A stretch of DNA of 64,000 nt from Nitrosopumilus sp. Lineage in GTDB: Archaea > Thermoproteota > Nitrososphaeria > Nitrososphaerales > Nitrosopumilaceae. The stretch spans positions 128,001 through 192,000 of the forward strand of contig CBDBGZ010000004.1 of the NCBI GenBank assembly GCA_965205425.1, given 5' to 3'. Positions 1-10,909 of this stretch are shown one piece after another (position 1 is the stretch's first letter; every line of letters begins with the position of its first letter). Under the pieces are notes generated by a model. It saw nothing but the letters and a program-made list of their open reading frames with translations. It did no database searches and was not told the origin of the DNA. Position numbers and translations under genes: made by a program.

Positions 1-1204
1 AGGGGAAATCAATTCCAGCATAACAAGGATAGTTAATTTGAGGATATGTGATCAACATACTAATTTTTTTAGCACCAGCACGACGAAGGGCTTTGATAAT
101 TGCCTTGGAACTTGTACCTCTAACTAGACTATCATCAATTACAACTACGTGTTTATCTTTAATTATTTCACTAATTGGGATAATCCAACGATTGATTTCA
201 ACTCTATCACTTTGATGGGGTTCAATGAAACTTCGTAATGGACCTTTCTTACTGTATCTATCTTTTAGTAAGCCTTCATCAAAGGATACCCCAAGTTCTT
301 GAGCATAACCTAATGCGGCAGGTCGTGCAGAATCAGGTACAGGTATAACTAAATCTGCATCTTTGATTGGAAATTTTTTTGCCATAAATTGGCCGATTTT
401 TTTCCGGGAAACGTAAATATTTTTTCCTTCCATTTTGCTTGAGGGATGTGCAAAGTAAGTAAATTCAAAAGAACAATGTGCACGAGAAGTATCAGTTGAA
501 AATTTTTCAGTTTCCAAACCAGTTTTACTTAATTTAATTAATTCCCCAGGTACTACATCTCTTTGAAGTTCAGCACCAACTGCAGTAACTGCTGTAGATT
601 CAGAGGTTACAATGTATGTGTCATCAGATTCCTTATGTCCTAAAACCATCGGACGAAATCCCTTAGGATCACGTGCGGCATAAACAGAATTATCATCAGA
701 GATAAATGTGAAACAATAAGAGCCAACCATTTCATTTTTGAGAATGGATAGTGCTTTTCCCATTTCACCATTTTCAGAAATTAATGAAACAAGTCTTTCT
801 GCTGCAACCAAAGTATCACTGGCATTTTGAGGAGTAAACGAGCATCCTCCAACTAAATTAGATAATTCTTGAGCATTAGCAATTGTTCCATTATGAGCAA
901 CACATAGATCTTTTACTTTCAATGGTTGTGCATTGTCCAAAGTACTAGTTCCCATTGTAGAATATCTAACATGCCCAATGACACATGGGGATTCATACTC
1001 TTTGGCAATTTTTTTAAAATCAGATGAAGAATGAGAAACTAGTCCAACTTTTTTAAACGGAGGTTTGTTTGGAACTGCAAATCCCCAAGCTTCTTGCCCC
1101 CTATGTTGTAAAGCCCGTAAAGCATCAAAAACCATCGGAACTACATTCTTTCCAGATAAACTGTAAATTCCAACAACACCACAATTTTCCTTTACCTTAG
1201 GCAA
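1..1204 (-). CDS. purF: Amidophosphoribosyltransferase (3' end outside window)
   Basis: Manual translation from TTG at 1204 gives PKVKENCGVVG...LQHRGQE...GHVRYST...VVVIDDSLVRGT; lies beside purL/Q/S. Confidence 0.93.
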   Translation of the reverse strand, partial: MPKVKENCGVVGIYSLSGKNVVPMVFDALRALQHRGQEAWGFAVPNKPPFKKVGLVSHSSSDFKKIAKEYESPCVIGHVRYSTMGTSTLDNAQPLKVKDLCVAHNGTIANAQELSNLVGGCSFTPQNASDTLVAAERLVSLISENGEMGKALSILKNEMVGSYCFTFISDDNSVYAARDPKGFRPMVLGHKESDDTYIVTSESTAVTAVGAELQRDVVPGELIKLSKTGLETEKFSTDTSRAHCSFEFTYFAHPSSKMEGKNIYVSRKKIGQFMAKKFPIKDADLVIPVPDSARPAALGYAQELGVSFDEGLLKDRYSKKGPLRSFIEPHQSDRVEINRWIIPISEIIKDKHVVVIDDSLVRGTSSKAIIKALRRAGAKKISMLITYPQINYPCYAGIDFP

Positions 1205-1371
1205 ATCTATGATATCTCCCGAGCACAAAATGATGAGAAAAGGTTAGAAAAAGTGTAAAACTCAGCTGATAAATCAAATAATGACTCCATCCCCTGATCC
1301 ATTACCAACTTTGAACAATAAAAATGCTGATCACTTTATGCGATCAAGGACAGATTTCGTTAGAAGTCTTG

Positions 1372-1512
1372 TCAAAACCCTTCTTCATTTGAATCGAGTT
1401 CTTTATTGACCTGCTCAAATGACATTTCCTTTTTTTGGCATGATTCACATTTTTCCATAATACCAAATTGATTCTTGTATTTTCCTTTTCCATCACATCT
1501 AAAACAAACCAA
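1372..1512 (-). CDS. Small zinc-finger protein (CFRCDGKG...CESC)
   Basis: Manual translation, TTG start, 46 aa, two CxxC motifs. Confidence 0.45.
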   Translation of the reverse strand: MVCFRCDGKGKYKNQFGIMEKCESCQKKEMSFEQVNKELDSNEEGF

Positions 1513-1548
1513 TCTGTTCTGATGAGGATCAATACAAATTAAGGTTTT

Positions 1549-1686
1549 CTAATATTTTCGAGGCTTTTTTCCTTTTTTCTTTCTTTGTTGTTCACTCTTG
1601 TATTTTTTAATACGTTCTTTTTGTTTAGCTAACTTTTCGCCTTTTTGTTTTCTATCAGATTTTTTCTTTGATTTTTTATCAGTCAT
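1549..1686 (-). CDS. Small lysine-rich protein
   Basis: Manual translation MTDKKSKKKSDRKQK..., 45 aa, directly after purL. Confidence 0.4.
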   Translation of the reverse strand: MTDKKSKKKSDRKQKGEKLAKQKERIKKYKSEQQRKKKGKKPRKY

Positions 1687-1691
1687 CAATA

Positions 1692-3869
1692 TCAAAAAGT
1701 TTTCTTACCGTGAAGAACTAAATTTGGAAGTGCATGTAACCATGTTTTGTGAGTTTTCTCAACATCAAGAGTGATGACAGATTTTGAATCATTGTTAAAT
1801 TGAATTGCCTCACCACCGAACTGACCAATATGATTAAAAGAAACTTTGTTCTCATTGAGGATATTCTCAATATCTGAGAGATTCTTCTTATCAAAAGATA
1901 TCAAATATCTAGAATGGCTTTCTGAAAATAGAATTCTATCAACATCTAATTTTTCACCAGGAACTTTATCCAATGACACAGTGCAGCCGATTTGATTAGT
2001 CATACATAGTTCAGATACTGCAATTGTCAATCCTCCTTTGGAGCAATCATGTGCAGATTTGATGAGAGAGTTATTAATTATATCAAGAACTGATTTCATA
2101 TTTTTCTTTGAATCCTCAAAGTTAACCGCGGGACATGTTCCACCCACAAATTTGTGTACATATTCAAAGTATTCAGAGCCACCAAGCTCATCTTTAGTAT
2201 CACCAATAATCAATAAGCAATCACCATCAGAGATTTTCTGAGGAACTGAGGGTTTTCTGTCAATTAATCCAATAACACCAATTACAGGGGTGGGTTTTAT
2301 CGAGCCTTTTGGAGTCTCATTGTATAGACTCACCTTTCCACCAACGCATGGGATTTCAAAAAATTTAGCAAAATCAGTTAATCCTTTTAATGATTCTAAA
2401 AAGGTCCAGAAAATTTCAGGATCAGTAGGATTGCCAAATTGGAGGTGATCAAGCATTCCAATTGGTTTAGCTCCAGTACATACAACATTTCTACACGCTT
2501 CCTCAAAACATCCAATTGCACCTTCACGTGGATTAATGTAGCATTGTTTTGGATTACCATCAATTTTTGCAGAAAGGTATTTTCCATTATCTAATCTCAA
2601 TACAGATGCATCAGTTCCGGGTTTTACCACAGTTCTAATTCCTACTTCATGATCATATTGTCCATAGACCCAAATTTTGCTTGCAATGTTTGGGGATGCA
2701 AGTAATTTCATCAGAGTTTCAGAATAATCAGAAGTTGGTTTGAATTGTTTTTCAGTTTTAATAGTTTTCAAATAAGCAGGTTCCTTTGAAGGTAAATCAA
2801 GTAGGGTTGCATTTGCTACAACATCAGCAGGTAAATTTGCAACTGTTTTCCCTCCTTTTTTGACATGCACTTGATTATCAAATTTTACATGGCCAATTAC
2901 AGAGCAACCAATACGAAATTTGTCGCAGATTTCTTCTAGTTTTTTGAGTTTTGTTTTACTAGTAACAATTAACATTCTTTCTTGAGATTCAGAAACCATA
3001 ATTTCATCAGGATGCATGTCAGATTCTCTAGTGTGAACTTTGTCAACATCCATTTCAATTCCAACTTCCATGGCATCAGCAGTTTCTGAAACTGCACAGG
3101 ACAAGCCACCACCACCAAGATCTTTCATTGCATGAATTAAACCATCATTTCGAGCCTGTAAAACTGCCTCAATGATTAATTTCTCAATGAAAGGGTCAGG
3201 AATTTGAACGGCAGAACGGTCTTCAGATTCTAAAGAATCAGATGCAAATTGAGAGCCACCAATACCATCTCTACCAGTAGAACCTCCCATCAATACTACA
3301 ATGTCATCTTTCTCGACATGATTTTTGATCAAGTTTTCTTTTTTACCAAAACCTAGTGCAGCAACATCAACCATTGCATAATTTTCATAACATTCATCAA
3401 ACTCCACTTCACCACCAATAGTTGGAATACCTAAACAGTTTCCATAATCCGCAATTCCAGTAACTGCATTTTTGAAAAGCCATCTTGCTTGCAAATCATT
3501 TTCAATATTTCCAAATCTCAATCCATCAAAAATTGCAATAGGTCTAGTTCCAGCAGATAAGATATCTCGAATTACTCCACCAACACCAGTAGCAGCACCA
3601 CCGTATGGCTCTACAGCAGATGGATGATTATGACTTTCAATATGTGCTGTAACCACATAACCATCACCAACATCTAAAACTCCAGAATCATATCCTTTCT
3701 CATTAATTACAAGAGGACCATCCATTGGCAACATTTTCAGATGTCGTTTGGAAGATTTGTAAGAACAATGCTCAGACCATTCTGCAGCTACGATTTGAAG
3801 TTCAGTTGAAGTTGGATCTCTACCAATTTTTGATTTCAACTCAGAGCGTTCTTGATCTTCTAGACTCAT
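1692..3869 (-). CDS. purL: Phosphoribosylformylglycinamidine synthase subunit PurL
   Basis: WSEHCSYKSS, ESHNHPS and GGKVSLYNE motifs. Confidence 0.97.
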   Translation of the reverse strand: MSLEDQERSELKSKIGRDPTSTELQIVAAEWSEHCSYKSSKRHLKMLPMDGPLVINEKGYDSGVLDVGDGYVVTAHIESHNHPSAVEPYGGAATGVGGVIRDILSAGTRPIAIFDGLRFGNIENDLQARWLFKNAVTGIADYGNCLGIPTIGGEVEFDECYENYAMVDVAALGFGKKENLIKNHVEKDDIVVLMGGSTGRDGIGGSQFASDSLESEDRSAVQIPDPFIEKLIIEAVLQARNDGLIHAMKDLGGGGLSCAVSETADAMEVGIEMDVDKVHTRESDMHPDEIMVSESQERMLIVTSKTKLKKLEEICDKFRIGCSVIGHVKFDNQVHVKKGGKTVANLPADVVANATLLDLPSKEPAYLKTIKTEKQFKPTSDYSETLMKLLASPNIASKIWVYGQYDHEVGIRTVVKPGTDASVLRLDNGKYLSAKIDGNPKQCYINPREGAIGCFEEACRNVVCTGAKPIGMLDHLQFGNPTDPEIFWTFLESLKGLTDFAKFFEIPCVGGKVSLYNETPKGSIKPTPVIGVIGLIDRKPSVPQKISDGDCLLIIGDTKDELGGSEYFEYVHKFVGGTCPAVNFEDSKKNMKSVLDIINNSLIKSAHDCSKGGLTIAVSELCMTNQIGCTVSLDKVPGEKLDVDRILFSESHSRYLISFDKKNLSDIENILNENKVSFNHIGQFGGEAIQFNNDSKSVITLDVEKTHKTWLHALPNLVLHGKKTF

Positions 3870-4546
3870 TTAGTGACACCCATTTGTGTTAACAGTGATT
3901 CAAAGATAAGAGAAGAAGGTTTATTATCAATTGGATTAATGTCAGATTCAACTGCCCTTTCAGGGTGAGGCATCATGCCCACAACATTTCCATCCTCATT
4001 ACATACGCCTGCAATTCTATTTGCAGAGCCATTTATAACCTCAGAATATCTAAAAACAATTTGGTTTTTCTTTTTTAATTCATTCATAGTATTATCATCA
4101 ACATAATATCGTCCTTCACCATTAGCTATTGGAATTGGGATTGTCTCATTTAGTTTGAATTGATTTGTAAATGGAGTTTTGTTGTTTTCTACTATCAAAT
4201 TAGTCCATTCACACATAAAATTAAGAGATTCATTTTTGAGCAATACTCCTGGAAGTAATCCAGATTCTACAAGAATTTGAAATCCATTACACACACCTAA
4301 AACAGGGATTCCTTTTTCAGCCATTTTTTGTACATCTTTGATAATTGGACTATGAGCTGCGATAACACCAGCTCTCAATCTATCACCATAAGAAAATCCT
4401 CCTGGAAGAATTACAGCATCAATATTTTCAGGCAATCCTTTTTCGTGCCAATAATATTCTGCATTAAGATGAAATACATCAGTCAATACGTGAAACATGT
4501 CACGATCACAATTACTACCTGGAAAAACTACAACTCCAACTTTCAC
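3866..4546 (-). CDS. purQ: FGAM synthase glutaminase subunit PurQ
   Basis: FPGSNCD, GVCNGFQ and MMPHPER motifs. Confidence 0.97.
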   Translation of the reverse strand: MKVGVVVFPGSNCDRDMFHVLTDVFHLNAEYYWHEKGLPENIDAVILPGGFSYGDRLRAGVIAAHSPIIKDVQKMAEKGIPVLGVCNGFQILVESGLLPGVLLKNESLNFMCEWTNLIVENNKTPFTNQFKLNETIPIPIANGEGRYYVDDNTMNELKKKNQIVFRYSEVINGSANRIAGVCNEDGNVVGMMPHPERAVESDINPIDNKPSSLIFESLLTQMGVTK

Positions 4547-4600
4547 AATTCTTCAAACATTCAGAGATATTTAATTTGAATCTAGTCTGAGTAAACTCTT

Positions 4601-5041
4601 ATGTATAAAAATCAGGTGATCGCCATGACTCAAGTGAGAGACATTATGAAAAAAAATGTAATCACTATAGATTACACCAAAAATGCACTTGATGCAGCAG
4701 TAATTCTAAAAGAAAAAGAGATCAGTTTTCTTGTAATACTAAAGGAAGGTAAACCAGAAGGGATTGTTTCAGAAAGAGATATTGTAAGAAAAATTGTAGC
4801 AAAAGATATCAAATCATCACAAATTAAACTAGAAGAAATAATGTCTAAAAATTTCAAATGGGTAGAGCCTGAAACAGAAATTGAACACGCAGTTCAAAAG
4901 ATGTTAAATAACAACATTAGACGGTTAATCGTGCTTGAAGATGAAAATCTAGCCGGAGTAATAACTCAGACAAATTTAGCTGAAGTTCTCAGAAGCAAAC
5001 TTTTGATTAATGCCACAGTAGAGAATGTAAATTCAAAATAA
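4601..5041 (+). CDS. CBS-domain protein
   Basis: Tandem CBS pattern (GIVSERDI, GVITQTNL). Confidence 0.85.
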   Translation: MYKNQVIAMTQVRDIMKKNVITIDYTKNALDAAVILKEKEISFLVILKEGKPEGIVSERDIVRKIVAKDIKSSQIKLEEIMSKNFKWVEPETEIEHAVQKMLNNNIRRLIVLEDENLAGVITQTNLAEVLRSKLLINATVENVNSK

Positions 5042-5043
5042 AA

Positions 5044-5304
5044 TTAATCTTCAAAAACATTAATCATAACTTTACTTACCATAGGGTTATAAATTCTCAA
5101 ACCATCACAGATTTCTTGTACTTTTGACTGAGCAGTTTTTTTATCATTTTCTTCAATTGTAAATTTTAACATCTTTGCAGTTTTAATTTTTGAAACTGAT
5201 TTGTGAGTTCCTTTGAGAACCAAATCATTTAGTATAGTTTCACCTTCAGGGTCACTAATTCCAGGTTTGTTTTCTATAGTTACATGAACTTGAAAAGTTG
5301 CCAT
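5044..5304 (-). CDS. purS: FGAM synthase subunit PurS
   Basis: KPGISDPEG...NPMV motif; pur cluster context. Confidence 0.9.
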   Translation of the reverse strand: MATFQVHVTIENKPGISDPEGETILNDLVLKGTHKSVSKIKTAKMLKFTIEENDKKTAQSKVQEICDGLRIYNPMVSKVMINVFED

Positions 5305-5440
5305 TTACAAATTGAAAAATCAAATCGAGGTTAATCTATCTTCCGAATAATTTTGTGCTTTTATACTTATTTTGAAACACACATCAGGTAACCCGGGTTT
5401 GAGGACTTGTGTTGTTAAGATATCTCCAGCCCAGATCCGG

Positions 5441-6920
5441 TTACTTTGAATTCATTTTTTCCTTAACATATTCTGTATAGATTCTATAAAGACCAGATTG
5501 ATAATTAGGATTTTTCAATATCAATGATTCATTTTTCAAATCTTCTTTTGATTGATACATATCTTTTTCAAAAATTCCTTTATCATCTAGAGTTATGCAA
5601 ATGTCTTGCCATGTAAATACCTCCTTGGAATTTCTATTATATCTTTTCCGGAAATTATTTCACCCCTTAACTAGGAGAGCATCATTCCCATACTATCGTA
5701 TGCGTGGGTATCGTGGCATACCTATGGTAAAGTTAGATGAGAATAAGATCAGGTGGATTATACAATCTAAAAATGAAAAAGTCAAGAATTTAGATATTTC
5801 AGTAATCCTCAAGATAACGCCTAGAAGAGTACAACAAGTCTACTCTCAGTACAAAAAAACCAAAAAGATTCCCACACTCAAAAGACCAGGGCGTCCAAAA
5901 AAGCCAGTCACTGTACACGAGATAGAGCTAGTCAAACAAGTTCAAGAAAAATTTCATACAAACGCACTATACCTTGAGAAAATCATATCAAAATTGTACA
6001 ATACCAAGATAAACCACAATCGCATCCACAAGATTATGCTAGATGAAGGATTATCAGTTGAGCAACCACGGAAAAAGATGAGAAGAAAGTGGATCAGGTA
6101 TGAACGTGAATATTCAAATTCACTGTGGCATACTGACTGGCACACAATACATGATTCACGCTGGGCAGGAAAACAACTAATTGCATTTGAAGATGATGCC
6201 TCACGATTTATCACGGGTTTCGGAGTGTATGATGAGGCAACATCTGTGAATTCTTCTGAAGTACTATCTGATGCAATAAAGAATCACGGTAGACCAGCAT
6301 CTGTACTATCTGATAATGGAAAACAGTTCACATCAAATGTCAATACTCTTGATCATAACAAGCCAGTAGACTTTGAGCAGCAACTAATGAGACATCACGT
6401 AAAGCACTCTCGTACAAGAGTGAGACATCCACAAACAAATGGTAAGCTAGAAAAGTTCTGGGATATCTTTGAGTGTAAAATAGAATACTTTGAGTCAGTG
6501 GAGCAGTTTATGCATTGGTACAATCACATTAGAGTTCATGGCGCACTAGACTTGGATAACATGGAGACACCATCTGATGCGTATCACTCCAAGATGATAA
6601 CAAACGAAATACTCATAGACCCAAGCATTCTATGGAGGAATTACTCATGAAAGTGACACGAAATAATTTCTGGAAAGAACATTGGAATTTCTATTAGCAG
6701 TAGCATAATACACATACAATAATCGAAGTTTATTGTACTCATCAAGAATCATCTCTTTGCCAAGAACATATTTTCTTTTCAAAGATTGAAAATATACCAA
6801 ACCGTCTGCAGTTAATACATAATCAAAGAGTTTTGGATAATCATCAATTTTTACAGGGAATAACGGGTTTTGTGGATCTGGCACAGACAAATTATGAGAA
6901 TTTACTATAAAAAAAGACAC
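5441..6920 (-). pseudogene. Hypothetical gene (~140 aa) split by IS481 copy A1
   Basis: Removing the IS and one TSD restores ...YYATANRNS-KEVFTWQD...KMNSK*. Confidence 0.8.
5640..6681 (+). mobile_element. IS481-family element, type A copy 1 (rve/DDE transposase within 5595-6650)
   Basis: Imperfect TIRs TATCTTTTCCGGAAATTATTTC / TGTTCTTTCCAGAAATTATTTC; 15-bp TSD TTGGAATTTCTATTA; WHTDWH, SDNG and PQTNGKLE motifs. Confidence 0.9.
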
Positions 6921-6979
6921 AAAATCGCCTAGTCACATAGAGATGGAATTTATACCAGAATAATTTACAATATTGCATA

Positions 6980-7447
6980 ATGGCAAAAGGTAGAATGAGA
7001 TACTGGAAAATTACATCAGAAGAATTAGGCGGATATGCATATGATGAAAGCAATCTGCTAAATTGGGAGATTAAATGTATTAGAGAACCAGAAGAGGAGG
7101 CTCATTTTATCGGTGTTTTCATGTATAGAAATGGAACAGCGTATGATTATGAATCAGTCAAAGGAATCTGTTATTTTTACAACAACATTGACAGAAAAGA
7201 ACTTCCAGAAATTACCAAATTTCTTCAAGGAAAATACAACGGTAAGGAAATGGAGAAAGGAGATAGAATTATCCTAAAAGGTTCAGATGAAATCTACTCT
7301 GCTAAAGATATTGCAGAGTTAGCAAAAGAGATGGAAACTAAATTCAACACAAATGCTGTGATATCATTAGAATTTGGTGGAATTACTGCTGAAGCACTCA
7401 AAGAAGCAGGACTACCTGAAGCAAAATTATTGCCAATTCCCACATAA
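6980..7447 (+). CDS. Hypothetical protein
   Basis: Clean 155-aa ORF upstream of tatC. Confidence 0.75.
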   Translation: MAKGRMRYWKITSEELGGYAYDESNLLNWEIKCIREPEEEAHFIGVFMYRNGTAYDYESVKGICYFYNNIDRKELPEITKFLQGKYNGKEMEKGDRIILKGSDEIYSAKDIAELAKEMETKFNTNAVISLEFGGITAEALKEAGLPEAKLLPIPT

Positions 7448-7476
7448 TTGATATAGTTTGGAATAAAAGATATCAG

Positions 7477-8268
7477 ATGTCCGAATTGGAAGGCATTAAT
7501 CAACATCTCGAAGAGTTAAGAAAAAGATTAGTTCGAATTGTCATAGTGATTGGTGGAATTACTGCATTTTTACTAATGTTTCATGCAGAGCCAATTCAAA
7601 TAAACCAATTCACATTGTATTATCCAACACTAGAACCAGTCAACAACATAGCAGCACAAATTACAAATCATATGAGAATGAATCTAGTTCCAGAAGGAGT
7701 GCAACTAATTCAAACGGCACCAGGGCAAGCTTTCTTTGCTCAAATGTATGTTGCAGCACTTGTAGGTATTGTTGCAGGAATGCCAATAATCATTAAAGAG
7801 TTAGTAGGATTCATCAAGCCAGCGTTAAAAGAAAATGAAATTAATGTAAGCAGAAGTATTTCATTTCCTGCACTAGGATTATTCATTGTAGGCTGTGTTT
7901 TTTCTTATAATTTTGTAATTCCATACATGTTGGAATTTTTGTATAGATTTGGAGAAGCATCTGGACTAGTTACTTTTCTAAATGTAATGGAATTTGTAAC
8001 ATTTGTATTACAATTTTTGTTGGCATTTGGTTTTTCATTTCAACTTCCTCTGGTAATGTATGCAGTGTCAGCATCAGGTATGGTTGATGCAGATTTTTGG
8101 AGAAAAAACATCAGATATGCAATTGTAATCATAGTGATTTTTGGCGCAATAATTACTCCAGATGGGACAGGAGTAACAATGGTGTTTGTTGCAGGGCCGA
8201 TGATTGGATTGTATGCAGCAGGCATGTTCATAATTGAGCGTAAAGCCCGTAAGAAGTCTAACACTTAA
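7477..8268 (+). CDS. tatC: Twin-arginine translocase TatC
   Basis: HLEELRKR, PALKENE, FQLP and ITPD motifs; about 6 TM segments. Confidence 0.95.
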   Translation: MSELEGINQHLEELRKRLVRIVIVIGGITAFLLMFHAEPIQINQFTLYYPTLEPVNNIAAQITNHMRMNLVPEGVQLIQTAPGQAFFAQMYVAALVGIVAGMPIIIKELVGFIKPALKENEINVSRSISFPALGLFIVGCVFSYNFVIPYMLEFLYRFGEASGLVTFLNVMEFVTFVLQFLLAFGFSFQLPLVMYAVSASGMVDADFWRKNIRYAIVIIVIFGAIITPDGTGVTMVFVAGPMIGLYAAGMFIIERKARKKSNT

Positions 8269-8294
8269 ATCTGAAATAAGCAAATATGTTGTAA

Positions 8295-8501
8295 ATGCTA
8301 GGAAGTACTGAGATCATTGTATTGGTAGTGGTAATCGGAGTATTGATTTTTGGTGCAAAAAAAATTCCAGAACTAGCAAAAACATTTGGTAAAGCCAAAG
8401 GCGAATTTGAGCAAGGCAAAATTGAAGGAGATAAGAATCTCAAAGATTTCAAAGAAGAAATTAAGGGAACATCCAAGGACAAAGAAGTTAAATCTGATTA
8501 A
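8295..8501 (+). CDS. tatA: Twin-arginine translocase TatA/E
   Basis: TM helix followed by FGAKKIPELAKTFGKA. Confidence 0.93.
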   Translation: MLGSTEIIVLVVVIGVLIFGAKKIPELAKTFGKAKGEFEQGKIEGDKNLKDFKEEIKGTSKDKEVKSD

Positions 8502-8926
8502 TGTTCAGCTAGGGTTACAAAATCATCTAATACATTATCATAATCATGTTTGAAATCATTTTTCCCAAACATGACTGAAATCTTCATTTTTCCTCTAAAT
8601 TTTAAATCAACATCCACTAAGACTTTGGTTCCATTTTCAAGTTGAATGAATTCTTGCTTAATTTTACTTCCTTTTGCATCACCGCCAATTACAAAAATTT
8701 CATGTAAAATTGGTTTCTGGGAAACATGTTTTGCCATAATTAACAATTCCATATCGCCTAAAATCAAATGTTCTTCAACTACAGATACATCTCCACGCAT
8801 AGAACGAATGCGAATAGATGGATAATGTTGTGAAATTATTTTCTGATAATTTTCAAAATTTGAGAAAATTTCAAAAACAGTATCTCGGTCTTTGTTAACA
8901 ATTTTTTCTAAAGAGAATTTTGGCAA
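8498..8926 (-). CDS. SRPBCC/polyketide cyclase-like protein
   Basis: 142 aa with START-like N-terminal pattern. Confidence 0.6.
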   Translation of the reverse strand: MPKFSLEKIVNKDRDTVFEIFSNFENYQKIISQHYPSIRIRSMRGDVSVVEEHLILGDMELLIMAKHVSQKPILHEIFVIGGDAKGSKIKQEFIQLENGTKVLVDVDLKFRGKMKISVMFGKNDFKHDYDNVLDDFVTLAEH

Positions 8927-8933
8927 TTGTATT

Positions 8934-9491
8934 TTAGAGAGTACCCCATCGAGGGTATAAATCGTGCTCTATGTCAAACTGGTCTAAACACTTTCCAACA
9001 CCATGATTTACAATATCATCAATTGATTTTGGTTTTGTATAAAATTCAGTTACAGGAGGTAAAATAACAATTCCCAATCTAGCAAGTTTTAGCATATTCT
9101 CTAAATGAATTGCAGAAAGAGGAGTTTCCCTAACCATCAAAATTAGTTTTCTAGATTCTTTAATTGTCACTCCAGCTGCTCGAGCAACCAGTGTATCATC
9201 ATAACCATTTGCAATTGCAGCTAATGTCTTCATACTACATGGAACCACAATCATGCCATCAATTCGATGAGTTCCACTAGAAACACTTGATGCCATATTT
9301 TTTTCATCAGAAATATTAGTAGCCAATGATTTCACATATTCAGGAGTGAAATCAGTTTCCATTGAAATACATTTTTCACCCCATTCAGAAATTATCAAAT
9401 GAGTTTCAATGTTTAATTTTTTTAAAGTTTCAAGCATACGAATGCCATAGATTGCACCAGTACTGCCAGTAATTCCAATTACAAGTTTCAA
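8934..9491 (-). CDS. ubiX: Flavin prenyltransferase UbiX
   Basis: GITGSTG, PCSMKTL and RETPL motifs. Confidence 0.93.
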   Translation of the reverse strand: MKLVIGITGSTGAIYGIRMLETLKKLNIETHLIISEWGEKCISMETDFTPEYVKSLATNISDEKNMASSVSSGTHRIDGMIVVPCSMKTLAAIANGYDDTLVARAAGVTIKESRKLILMVRETPLSAIHLENMLKLARLGIVILPPVTEFYTKPKSIDDIVNHGVGKCLDQFDIEHDLYPRWGTL

Positions 9492-9548
9492 TATGTTATA
9501 TGGGAAACCAGAGTATTATATGTATTAGATAGAAGTGGTGTTTTAGCA

Positions 9549-9692
9549 CTAGAAATTGTGAGACTCTTCATTTTCAGCAGTTTCTAATTCTTGATTTGCT
9601 TTTCTTCTCTTACACCACATGACTATACCTGCAACAAGCATGGCAGGAAGAAGAATCGTGCCAAGCAGTTGAAGTTCAAAATGATACAACAT
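9549..9692 (-). CDS. Small single-TM protein
   Basis: Manual translation MLYHFELQLLGTILLPAMLVAGIVMWCKRRK..., 47 aa. Confidence 0.5.
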   Translation of the reverse strand: MLYHFELQLLGTILLPAMLVAGIVMWCKRRKANQELETAENEESHNF

Positions 9693-9787
9693 GATTTGTA
9701 TTAAACCTCAATTGAAAAAAGCCTATTGATTATCCGATCTGATATTTCAAAAATTAGCTATATTAGATCCCAATATCTAGTCATAAT

Positions 9788-10879
9788 GTGATTAAAAGTT
9801 CTGAGATTAAGAAAATAGTTAACAATTATTCAGATGTTAAGATAGGCGTTCTAGGTAGTCACTCAGCCCTAGAGATTATGGATGGTGCAAAAGATGAAGA
9901 TTTCCAAACTAGAGTATTTTGTCAAAAAGGACGGGAAGGCCCTTACCAAAGATTTGGACGTATTGCAGATGAGGTTACAGTTTTAGATAAATTCAAAGAT
10001 ATGGCATCTGCCAAATATCAAAAAGAACTACGAGATTCCAACACAATCATAGTTCCTCATAGATCACTTACAGTATACTTGGGATACAAAACAATTGAAA
10101 ATTCATTCAAAGTACCAATTTTTGGAAATAGAAAATTATTCCAAGCAGAAGAAAGAACTGCTAAAAAAGGACAATACTATCTTTTAGAAAAAGCTAGAAT
10201 AAAATATCCAAAATTATTCAAAGATCCTAAACGAATCAATAAACCATGCATTGTTAAAGTTCAAGAAAAAAAGAGACCATTAGAAAGAGCATTCTTTACA
10301 GTTTCATCATACAAAGATTATGTTCAAAAATCTGAAGAGAAAATCAAACAAGGAGTTATTGCTAGAAAAGATCTTGAAAAGGCAAGTATCGAAGAATTGG
10401 CAATAGGAACATACATGAATTTTAATTTCTTCCACACACCAATTTCAAATCAAGTAGACTTTATTGGAATTGAAAGAAGATTACAAACAAACATTCACGA
10501 TTACAATGCATTACCTGCAAGAGAACAACTAGAGATGGATATTGATTTACAAAATATCGAGGTAGGTCACACCCCAGCAAGTATCAGAGAATCTCTTCTT
10601 GAAAAAGTACTCAAAATGGGAGACAAATTTGTAAAGGCAACCAAAAAAGAATATGCTCCTGGAATAATTGGTCCATTTTCTCTACAAAGTGTAATTACAA
10701 AAGATTTAGAATTAATCGTCTATGATGTCTCGCTAAGAGTTCCAGGAAATCCAATTGTAGCCACAACCAGTCCATATACCAAATATCAATATGGTCAAAC
10801 GTTTGGAGTTGGGAGAAGAATTGCCATGGAGATTAAACGAGCTCAAGAAGAAGACAGACTAGATGAGATAGTCACATAG
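9788..10879 (+). CDS. purP: FAICAR synthetase PurP family (ATP-grasp)
   Basis: GSHSALEI, GHTPASIRESLL, GPFSLQ and GRRIAMEI motifs. Confidence 0.9.
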   Translation: MIKSSEIKKIVNNYSDVKIGVLGSHSALEIMDGAKDEDFQTRVFCQKGREGPYQRFGRIADEVTVLDKFKDMASAKYQKELRDSNTIIVPHRSLTVYLGYKTIENSFKVPIFGNRKLFQAEERTAKKGQYYLLEKARIKYPKLFKDPKRINKPCIVKVQEKKRPLERAFFTVSSYKDYVQKSEEKIKQGVIARKDLEKASIEELAIGTYMNFNFFHTPISNQVDFIGIERRLQTNIHDYNALPAREQLEMDIDLQNIEVGHTPASIRESLLEKVLKMGDKFVKATKKEYAPGIIGPFSLQSVITKDLELIVYDVSLRVPGNPIVATTSPYTKYQYGQTFGVGRRIAMEIKRAQEEDRLDEIVT

Positions 10880-10909
10880 AATTTAGATAAAAAGAAGAAA
10901 AAGGAGAAT

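Noticed and set aside
1372..1686. Amber readthrough joining two in-frame small ORFs at 1549-1551
   Set aside because: The second ORF has its own plausible TTG start, so two small genes are simpler.
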